From: Mytilus edulis
Taxonomy: Eukaryota
NCBI RefSeq assembly: GCF_963676685.1
Contig: NC_092347.1
Coordinates: 70,804,001 to 70,868,000, forward strand
DNA: 64,000 nt
Reading direction: 5' to 3'
Shown here: one piece after another, positions 50,557-62,500 of the stretch
Layout: each line of letters opens with the position of its first letter
Numbering within the stretch: the stretch's first letter is position 1
Program-made: the position numbers and the translations under genes
Notes under the pieces: generated by a model
Told to the model about the DNA's origin: nothing
The model's database searches: none
The model's input: the letters and a program-made list of their open reading frames with translations, nothing else

Positions 50557-53500
50557 CTAAAATTAAAAAAGTCTTCAAAATATATCATTCAATCTTTAGG
50601 ATAGGGAATCAGAACTTCATTTCAACAGTATGGATGACGATTGTATCTTACTATATTTATAATTTGGAAAAAAAACATTACGTTATTAAAACTGTTCGTA
50701 ATGTCAAGTTCTTTATCATGAATGGTCGGCATAAGGTTTGCATTAATTAATGTATCATCGAAGAGCTGCAGTTGGCAAGAAAAGACACAAAAGACAAAAC
50801 GACATGACTATTTTACCATGTAAAACTTAGAACGGTTTTGCTAAAGTTGATTTCTAATCCCTTAACCCCACCTTTTAAACTATAATTATCGAATAAAATA
50901 CACAGAATAGGGAAAGCTGATCCTTAGTTTCTTCCTTAAAAAAATGCACGAATCTAAGTAATCGAATACAATATATCGGAAATAACTCCAGACAATTTTG
51001 CATTTGCACCTTTTGACAATGTTGTGAATTATTTTATTGTTTTTGACTATACATATTGCAATTCTTCTTAACTAATCTTTATTTATGCAAGATTCTTTAT
51101 TGTTTCGTAACAAAACCGTTCAAGGTACGAAAAAAATTGGGCTCTTATATTTTTTTTTAAATCTCGCCACATGATCAATGTGATGATCTTGGTTTTAGTG
51201 ATTTTCTTTGTTAGTCATATACCGTGTTTGTTTTTCATTAATATTATTGTAATACAGATCGTTGGAGTTTTCTCTTCCAATGTTTACAACTTTGTCGTAA
51301 CCATGTCTCTTTATTTATTCATACATTACCTTTTCGCCAAATAACTGTTTTACCAGAATTTATTGTTGATGGTACATCAGTCTTATTATTCTTCATATTT
51401 GTAAAAGAACATTTATCGGCGATGTCATGGATATATCTATCGTCAGCTGATACACCAAGAAACGTCGCAAGTTCCCGAATTGTAGGAATAGTAGCCTTGA
51501 AAAGATGAAAATACATGTATGACTATGTATACAACGTTTGAATCGTCATTGTTGTAATTAAGTTTTTTTCATTCCAAATCAAATATGCACCGTTTCTAAT
51601 TTATCGATAACCTACCGATTTCAATGCACGTAAATACCTCTGCCACTTTTAAATCCATTTACAATACGGATAAAAATACGGATTTTGTGCTGTTAAAGAT
51701 TATATCTTTAAGGATTCAAATTTAGGAATATATCTCCCCTATGTAGTACAGCTCTGATTCCTTGTCCGACTTTGGCTATACCTTCTTGTCCTTTTTGGTT
51801 TCAAGTATTTCCTCTTTTAAATGTGTTTGGATTTTCAATTATTTTGACCTCGAGCATCATTGAAGAGACATCGAAATGCGCATCTGGCGCAGAAAATGAT
51901 ACCGTTTTTCGTAAAAATACGGAATTGTGCTTTTAAAATTTGCTATGTTAACAGTTTGACAGTAACAGGTCCTATGATGTGTTTCTATTTTTACAATGTA
52001 AGCACGGTGGATGTATAATGGCATTCTTACGTCTAGACTTTAAAACGTTTGGGATCATGCGTTTTTTGTATTTTTTGATAACTTTCAAAATATGCACAAA
52101 ATTTTTTTAAACCAATATAGGATATGTTAAAAATACAAAACGATGTTCAATATATATTGAACGTCATTTACGAAAGCAATAGGATGGTCGTTACTTTGTT
52201 CTTGAAGGAAAACAAATAGAGTACGAAGTCAAAAGCATAATGGGCCTTAAATTTTAAAATATCAATGATGGTCCGAGACCACAATTAATTCTCAGTGCAT
52301 TTCTTTTAGAACATAAATGTAAATCAAAAAAATCCCACCTGCGATTTCTCAATGAAATTTTTACAGTATGTTGTGTTACCTTTGGGACGAATTAGATTAG
52401 AATTATAGAAAACTTCATCGGCTCTAACTCAAAATATGGACAATTTTATGTTTAGGGCGTCTTGAAATCTTTTGACAGCTTCCGAAGTGCTAACTTGTAA
52501 CCTTTTTCAGCTGGACCAAATCACTACTTTCCTTTAAAATTCTGGACCCAATTTTTTTTACAGTGTAATTTCACCCCCCCCCCCCTACTTGCAATCTGAG
52601 GCATAAAACATGGAGAAATAAATCTGGAAGGGGTATAAAAAAATATTGGCAAGTAACCCACTGTCAACACTAGGGACTATCTTTGTGGACAACGAAAATC
52701 ATGGGACGACAATTGTGGTCTCTGACCTGATAATTCATTTCGACATAAAATTGCTGATTACTGGGCTGGTGACACCATTGTCGTACGTTGGTTATTATGT
52801 GTCTGTTATTTGTATCGACTTTTGTTGTTCTGTTACATCACTGTCTCAGGTTAAGGGAGGATTGGGGTCCCGCTAACATGTTAACTCCGCCACATTCTGT
52901 ATGTGTCTGTCCCAAGTCATGAGCCTGTAATTCAGTGGTGGTCGTTTGTTTATGTGTTAGATGGTGGTTTTTCGTTCCATTTTTGTACATAAATCAGACC
53001 GTTAATTTTCTCGTTTGAATTGTTTTACATTGTCATTTCGGTGTCTTTTATAGCTGACTATGCGGTATGGGCTTTGCTCATTGTTGAAGGCCGTACTGTG
53101 ACCTATAGCTTTTATTTGTTTGTGCCATTTTGTTTTAGTGGAGAGTTGTTTTTACTGGCAATCGCCCCAATTCTTTTTTTTTTTATATATACTAGTTGAT
53201 AAATGTGGTCTGGTTTGTTTTTATGATTACTGTTATCCTGTTCGTATTATATACATGTAGAAATCTACTTACGAATTCATACGAATATATACAAAATTAA
53301 TCAACAAATCGCAGGACTTAACAAAAATATGACAACAGAATCAAGTTCAATATTCTTTTTTTGGGGGGAGGGGGGGAAATAAGGGTAAAAAGTAAAGCAA
53401 AATCGATTAAAGAATATGGGTTGTTTTGTTATATACAAATAACTCAACTACCGACTCTTTGCAATTACAAGTTTTTAATCATTTCTGTAATGACTAACTT

Positions 53501-56500
53501 TTTCATTACTTTTACTCACAGTTATTAGATTTTCGAAAGTGATCGGTAATATATTATTTCTTTTTTGAGATACTGCTTTCTCGAATTCTTTGGTAAAACT
53601 AAACCATCCACCATAAACAGAATCTTAAAAAAATATATAGAAATTAAAAATATGTAGAAATTTTCAAAGAAGAAAGCAAATATTCAGAAAAAATGTGGAA
53701 AGCAAGTAAAACATATAAAGAAATCATAAGTATTTGACAGTAGTAGCATATCTGTACAATACATCAATCACATATCTGTACGAATCTTAAAAATGTGAAA
53801 TTACATCTTACAATGTATTTTTTCTTTCAATTGTGTTCATATAGTATTTCTTTTTTTGTGAAGGCTGTTGAAAGTCTTTTTACCATTACGAGGAACATAT
53901 TCCTTGTATATAGTCTAGTATAAAATAATACTTCTACGCTTTTTTATCTAACGATGTGAGTTTTTTCGAAAGAAGCTTTGCCCTCCCTTCAAGTATTTGC
54001 TTTAATCGCTTAACTTTAATTGCTTTTGCTTTTTTAGAGAATATCTTTTTAATAAATTCTTTGAATTGAAAGATAAATTTCAATTTATTTTTCATAATTG
54101 TGATAATTTCTTTCTCTTTACCCTTTCTGGCACAAAACCCCTCCCAATGGGAGATAATGAATTTTTAAAGTTATCATTGCATTAGCTATAGTTTGCAATT
54201 GTGGAATTTGTCAAAATATTTCAAAGAATAGCATCATGTTCACCTCATGATCCTTTTTTCTGATATTTCCCTAGCTGATTAAGTATATTATGTAGTGAAC
54301 ACTTATAAGAAGTTACACACAGCTTTCGATTACGTCTCTTTCAAATAATGTAGTAATATAATAACAAAACCTGTGGCAGCATGATTGTAGATTTAATGAA
54401 TTGGTAAAGATTTTACTAAATGCTATCACAAGGAAATAAATAAATGGAATTAGTGTTCCTCTGAAAAGTTTTTAATAACAAGTGATGTGCAGCTTGTGCA
54501 GTGACTTTTGAAAGCTACATGTAAGTTTAAAAATTTTCATTCTTATTTTCCCCGCTTATTGTATATGGGTTATGTTTATATTGGTGTACTTCAATTGTTG
54601 CGTCTGTTATATTTTGGATGAAAATCATATCGCTAACATAGAGAGTGAGGCAAGAGTGAATTTTCCTCTGTTATACTGCTGCTTTCAGTGTATTCTAGGA
54701 ATTTCAAAAAGTCGTGTCTTCCTTTACTGCTTATGATTTTAATGTATGCAAATGTTTTTATACAGTGTCTGCAAAAAGAGTTATGAAAGGTATCATGGTT
54801 TCTTATCAGAAGTTAAAGTATGTTAAGATTGCTTTTTGTAAATGCAAGCATTGATTAACACAATGTTATATTCATTAATATTGATCCATTTTTGAAAATG
54901 GACTTCTGTACATGTATATATTAACAACTAGGAAACACATGAATGACAAATGATACAATTTTAAAGGAGGAGGTTTGAGTTGATAATTACCACATATTTG
55001 TGTGCCATTCTGAAGTCAGGACAAATGTAAGTGGTTGTTCTTTGTGCTATCTAAATATGTGTTTGTTTTTGAGGACTAGGGGACGGGGGTTATTGTTTTA
55101 TTGTTGAAAACAGATCTAAAGAGGTTCCTGAATTTGGACAGGTACATAATCATATGGCTGATTTAGCCATTGTTGTAAATATTAGGCCCATCCCCTTACT
55201 TCTCATTCACTGTAATATCACATTGATGAATAGAAAAAAAGTACCATTAAAATCGGTTACATGATATTAAGTTGAAAAATATGAATCAACAACAGTAACT
55301 GCAAAAGCTCAGAGTATACATATTTTTTTAGCCTTTGGTATATTTTTCATGTTCATCAATTACACTGACTTGTAATGATTTATAGCATCGTTATTAAAGT
55401 GATAATTTAAATTAAAATCTACAGGACAATGATTCATTTGTGAATCATTTGCTAAAATAATGAATTACACATGTAAAGGACTTAAATAATGGTGCTCAGG
55501 AATAAAAAAGTATAAAATTTTATTATTGTCTTTCGTTTTGCTAAATTGTGCTTTGTCTTTATGCCTTTTTTGTCTTTGTTGACATATTTGTTTGTTTATA
55601 AGTGATTGGTATTATAACTCACTGTTAAATGCTGTACTCCTATTATCTTTCTATTATGTCTATTATTTTGTTTACACATTGTTGTCAATATAATGGAATT
55701 TTATGTGAAAGGATGCATAACGGACACACACCGGATATGTAACGTACAAAAAACGGACACGTACCAGACAGAACGGATGTCTAACGTACATTCAACGGAC
55801 GAGTACCGCATAAAACGGACACATAACGCAAGCGTACCGGATAAAACGGATGAACAAGATATAAGGAAAAATCAAAGGCGACAATAACAATACATGTAAA
55901 TCGCATAAATATTCAAAATGTTTCTGTGTAACTGGTTTTGGTTTGTTCTTCAAAATTCCGCCAAAGGGCAGTGTCTGGCCTGAATAAGAACTGCTTGATT
56001 GTGTTGACGTGCCTATACTCTAAGATCGATTATGAATAATAAGAATTCATGAACCTCAAGAAATCTGACATACAATGTACCAATAATTGGCATTTCTGTC
56101 GCGAAATTTTCAATTGGCATCTATCCGTTTCAGATCCGTTCATCATCCGTTTTATCCGTTATACGTCCGGTAGAAGTCCGTTTCTCATCCGTTCAACATT
56201 CGTTTTATCCGTTAAACGTCCTGTAGAAGTCCGCTGGTGAATTTATCTTCCAGACCTCCAACGGATGTATAACGGACACGTAACGGATTCAAAACGGAAA
56301 CGAAACGGACGAGTACCGTACAAAACGGACGAGTACCGTACAAAACGGACGCCTAACGAACGTTCAACGGACATTTTATCCGTTGGACGTCCGTTCAAAG
56401 TTTTGAACATGCTCAAAATTTTCCACCGGACAGAACGGACGTCGACGGATAAAACGTACGCTTAACGGACATGCAACGGATATGGACGGACGTTTAACGG

Positions 56501-59500
56501 ATAAGAACGGACGTCTAACGGACATGAACGGATTGAAAAAAAGTTATCCGTAAGGCGTCTGTTCGAATATCCGGTAAGGTGTGACCAAGGCTTAACAAAC
56601 TAAAACTGAGGGAAACGAACTAGAATGAAATTCAAAACAGTGTGGCTGTGGCCATTGATTGACACATTAAATTCATCCATTGACTGGGACAATTTAGGTG
56701 AACGTTTGTATATAACGACCACTGCTCACTATGTACTTTTTAAAGACACTTAAACTATGGGGTCACCAAAGGTTCTCAACACCTTAATAAAGTAATTCGA
56801 AAAAATAATCAAAAATAACACGATGTTTTGATTTATATCAATTATATAAATCAAAACATAAAGGTTATTCCTGATTAATTTTTCGAATTATTTTATAATT
56901 AAAGGCGTTAAGAAACCTTTGGTGACCCCACAGTTTAAATGTCTATCGTAGGTTCGTCGTGAACAGTGGTCGTTACAGACAAACGTTCACGTAAATTGTC
57001 CCAGTCAATGGATGAATTTAATGTGTCAATCAATGGCCACAGCCACACTGTTTTGAATTTCATTCTAAATATAAGAGGAGAACAACGACACAAAATTAAA
57101 ATGTAACGCACACAGAAACGGACTAAGCATTAGACATAATCCGATGAGAATAACAATTATAACATCAAAACCAAATACATGAATTTGGGATAGAAAAGTA
57201 CCGTGACACGTCTTATAGTAATGTGAATTCACACTCAAATATAAGAGAAAACAAACGACACAACGTTAAATCATAACACACACAGAAACGAACTATGATT
57301 TAACAATGGCCATATTCCTGACTTGGTACATTTTGTTAAAGAAAAAAGTGGTGGGTTGAAGCTGGTTTTGTGGCATGCAAAACCTCCCGCTTTAATGGCA
57401 ATGTTAAATATAACATTAAAATGACAACATAACATTACAGGACTACAATACAAATAAATAGGAGAACATATTAGACAAAGGAACACACGCATAATATATA
57501 CTAACAAAAGGCACCAGGTTTAAAATTCAATACTCCAGATGTAAACTTGGAATTTATAGTAAATAGCAAGTACATTCTATTCATATTATATGTATGATCA
57601 AAGTATACAGAAAACCGTGAAAATAATTATGCTACCCAAAGTACTATTGAAACATAAGTTCTATTTTAAAACGGAAGTCTGGTTTATGACTTAAAAGTCC
57701 GTCCAATGACAAAAACAATATCCAGACGCCTTTTTTTTCTCCCAAAATAACCCAAACTGAATAATTATAAGAATGGATGATAAATGCGACTATGCATGGT
57801 ACCGTTAGGACACAGGGGCATAATGATTAATTAATTGTGGAAGGAGGAGAAGCGAGACACAAAATGAGGTCTTCTTGTTTAATAGTATAGATATGTAAAG
57901 TTGATAAATATTTATTTAACATTACATTCATAGTAAAAATTAAAAAATAATTACCATTGAGAACGAAGTTGTCAAAAAAATCATTCCAGGACCCAACAGG
58001 TACTCCTTTTTTATGCATAAAGTGAAAGTTTGACACAGCTCTATCTTTTGGGTTTCTGTTCAGATATATAATCTTGTATCCGTTTTCCACGTGCTTTGTT
58101 GGCAGATACATTAAGGGTAAATGTGTTTGGAAGAATCTTGGACTGTTCCATTGCTCCAGTCGGTCCCAGTCAGTTTGACATTCAAAGTTACAATCATTTA
58201 GTTCACCATGGCTGTTATATTCAGTCGTCTGGTGTAACAACATGGATACAATTTCATGCACCCAATGTGTGCCTGATAAATCATTAACAAATTTATACAT
58301 AAAATTGATTTAAAATTGACATACATACAATTGATTTGTACCCATACTGCAGAAGTAATGGGGGCAATAAGAAATGAAAAGTACAAAAAAATAAAATAAT
58401 GAAAAAAAAAAACAATGTCAAAAAAACGATGAAAAGACTAAAGTCAGTCTACAAAATACCACGAAGAAAAACAAAAACTGAGCATCATAAATCAAAGGAA
58501 AATAAGGGGTGAATTAGATCTAAAATGTCAAACGTTCCTAAATTATGTTTAGTTTAAAAGATTTCAACGTAGTTTAAGTATTTTGAGATTTTTACATGTT
58601 CTAATTTTAATAAAACTTTGACAAAATATTAACTCATTTGACCCTTTGACAAAAATGTGAAAAACTCAAAATACTTGAACTACAAGCCTTAACGAAATGA
58701 ATCATTGACAGACGCTTATTTTGATAATTGAGATTGCCTAAGCTATAATTTTGCAAAAGAATTTTTGGTCCTCAATGCTCTTTAAATTAGAACTTTATTT
58801 TGCCTTATCAACTTTTTTTTATTCAAGCGTTACTGAAAACGAAACGCGCATCTGGAGCAAATACACAATTTCAATCCTGGTATTTTTGAAAAGTTTATCT
58901 AATATTTCCGTAACAATAGAACTTAATATTTTAATATTTTAATCCCAAATTTATTAATTCACATCATTATACCATAAAACAATGTACATAAAATATGTCT
59001 GAAAAACTTCGTATTGAATAAGGAAAGTGAGAGCTATGTAAAAATCAGATAATTAGATACTAAAAGGTATCCTTGTTAAGGACAAAAATCAAACTGTTTT
59101 TACTGTGAATCGTTGATAACTATTTTGATATGAGCGTCACTGATGGGTCTTTTGTAGAAGAAATGCGCGTCTGGCGTACTATTTACCTCTTGATGTAAGT
59201 GTCGAACTATTTTGTATATTTACCTCTTGATTAAGGTAGAAGGTGCTTACATGTAATTGTCGAACTATTTTGTATATTTACCTCTTGATTAAGGTAGAAA
59301 TTGCTGATAGTGATTTGTAGTCTAAATTTCAATCTTTATTTATTTTTTTTTAAATTTATTTACAAAAATGTATCGTTTTTACTTTTTTTTTTTAAACGGG
59401 ATGAAAGGATGGCTCACGGTTTTTACTTTCGGACTTAAGGTTGTGCAAAGTTATCAGATTTTATAATGTTTAGATATGGAAACCCAAATTTTGTATAATA

Positions 59501-62500
59501 GAATAGAAAATTAAACAATCAAGTTTGATATAAAATATGTAACATTTATAATGTTCTTTCAAATTAAAAATAAAAGCTTTTGTAATGAGAATCTATTATA
59601 TTTGCTACAAAAAGTAGGAGAGTTCGCTTTACATTCTTTTTGAAAAGGTCCATTATATGACTTATCTTTCCTTAAATGGCGAAATAAAAAATAACTGCAT
59701 CGATAAAAAAAAATGATGTATTTGTAAATACAGTCCTGAATCATTGACACAAACATACACTTCTTTATCTTGATGAAAAGTCAATCACATTAATTATAGT
59801 CAACTCTCAAAATGTGCACATTTCATTACAGATCCAGACCGATTGTTACTGCCCTCCAACCCTTCAACATGAGTTTTATTTAGGTTTATAGTGATTCATA
59901 TATTTAACAGACTTTTTTTTAATGGAATGACTCTTCAATTGTGTGTGCTTTAATTATTTCAGAATGATGTTTACGTTGGTACCTACGGCGGTCTATGCAA
60001 ATGGTAGTCATTAAACTTTAAATTGCATTTGTCTTTAAATAAAATTATTACGTTTTTATGCACATTGTCAAGGGAGCGAGCTGATCCAATAGTCAGGCGA
60101 TGATTTTATTTAATGACTCTTCGTCTGATTTTTTTAATCAGAAAATGACAGTAAGTGTCAAATCGTCATGTAACACTGTTATAAGTGCACGGTACCTTTT
60201 GATACTTTTGACCTTAAAAATACAATATATGTGTATATTACCTGATTTCATTGCCGAACACATTAAGACATCTGTTTCACGAGAATTAAAGTTTCTCACT
60301 GAGCCCATAAACTTATCTACATCTTTCTTCGTAGGTGACATGTGTGGTAGTGTCATACCTTCATATTCATTGAAGGGGTAAAATGGTCTTACCTTTCTGA
60401 AAATAGTTATAATATATATATTATTATCGCTATTTTACGAAATTTTCGTTTGATCTTACTGACTGATTATTTTAGATTATCGTTTGTCATCTCAAGGAAA
60501 TTGATTTTCTCGCTTGATCCGTGACGCCAAAAGTGAGAAAAGCTCATGCGCTCTAAGTTTCAAGCGATAATTTTTCTTATCACTTTACTGTGCTCAGAAA
60601 AGAAACTATCAGTCAATTAGTTTTCAGCACTCTGTGCTGACATGAGTTATCATTGATATGGTCATATTTATAAGTTAACTGTTTACAAAACTTTGGATTT
60701 TTGAAATACTAAGAATTTTCTTCCTCAGGAAGAGAAAACCTTAGCTGTTATGGCATAACTTTTAGGAACTTTTGTCCTCAATGCTCTTCAAACTTCGTAC
60801 TTAATTTGGCCTTTTAAACTTTTTTGGATTCGAGTGTCACTGATGAGTCTTTTGTAGACGAAACGCGCGTCGGCGTAAATACAAAATTTAATATAAGTAT
60901 CTATGATGTCATTGAGTTTATTTACAACCACTGTGTCGATGCCACTGCTGGTGGAGTTTTGATTCTCCGAGGGTATCACTAGCCCAGTATTCAGCAATTC
61001 TGTGCTCACATGAGTTATCATTGATATGGTCATATTTATAAATCAACTGTTTACAAAACGTTTGAATTTTTAAAATTCTAAGGCTTTTCTACCTCAGAAA
61101 TAGAAAACCTAACTAGGTGTATTTGGCAAAACGTTTAGGAATTTTGGTCTTCAATACTCTTCAACTTCGTACTTATTTTTTTTTTTATTTACTATTTTGG
61201 ATTCGAGTGTCACTGATACTGTTGTAGACGAAACGCGAGTCGGCGTAAACATTAATCTTGGTGTCTATGATGAGTTTATTCAGATAAAAAAAAAATCTCG
61301 TAAATTAACGATAAGCCCCGTTCTTAGCACAGAAGAGTGATATGTGATACCAATCACATTGTTTTAGCGTTTGTTTTTTTAAAAAGAAATGATTCATGTA
61401 ACCTGCAGATTTATTAGATTTTGGTTTACATTTATCGAACAGAGCGTAAAATAGAACAGCCACAGACACGACATACCCACCTTATCTGAATTCATTTTTT
61501 ATGACCGTATTTTTCCTATTAGAATCGAAAAAACGCTCAGGATAAAATTCAAATACCACGGCCTTCTCCATATGTAAATTTCCAACAAATCTATGGCTTC
61601 CATGAATCATTTCTTAATCAACTACGTTTTTATATTGTGACATTTTGACTGAGCGTGGATTCACATTGCGAGTCATGTATGTCTAGCATCTGATTTAACG
61701 TCCCAATTCTGATCGGACGGTCTGTACTCTTTCATTCTGCACAGCTTACCGTACGGTCATCTTTGGAGAAGGTTAAACACCCGGACGGAGGAAGGCCAAG
61801 GGTAACCATATTTCTATATTCCAGTCATCCAAGGTAAGGCGAGGGTTGGTACTCACAAATATATATCTTGCATGTGCCGTACAACATCAGAAATTCAGTA
61901 AATGTCATTGGTGGCTGTCTGTTATATGTATATTTTTTTTATTGTTGGCATAACTGAGACCGTCCGGATTGGTAACTAATTGGTCTTTTCGGAGCCCTTT
62001 ATATATGATTATATAATATTTTGAAGCTACCTATCTTTTTTTCAATGTTTGTTTTCTAAATAGAATAAAAGCAAACATTCGGAATTAAAACATGGTAAAT
62101 AAAGAGTCAATAAACAATATATCTACATTGTCGAAAAAATAAAATCTATGCCTACGAGCGTTACAAACAGGACGATTTAGCGAGCCTCGCAGAGATTTTC
62201 CTATGTTTCGTATCGCGTACAAATACATTTTACATTTCAACAATTATTAACACATACTGCAATTTACACCCGGTACTTGAGCGTTAGTTGTTAAAATCCA
62301 AATCGGGTAAAAGTTTAGTCCTACTATACTATTAACTTGCTTCTACTAAAATCACTTTTTAATTTCTATTTATGTTATTTTAAATATATAAACTTAATCC
62401 TCCGATCTTGGAGGTGTACGGGTTGATAATTTAGTCTTAAACGCATTATTCTTTTATGAAGGTTAGTGACTTTGAGCTAACAGTAAGTTAAAATGCGAGT

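Noticed and set aside
55693-56465. Short ORFs in the AACGGA-rich region
   Set aside because: Products of repetitive motif composition, not protein-like.
59195-59300. Two ~55-bp direct repeats next to a decayed hammerhead
   Set aside because: Simple local tandem duplication with no further structure.
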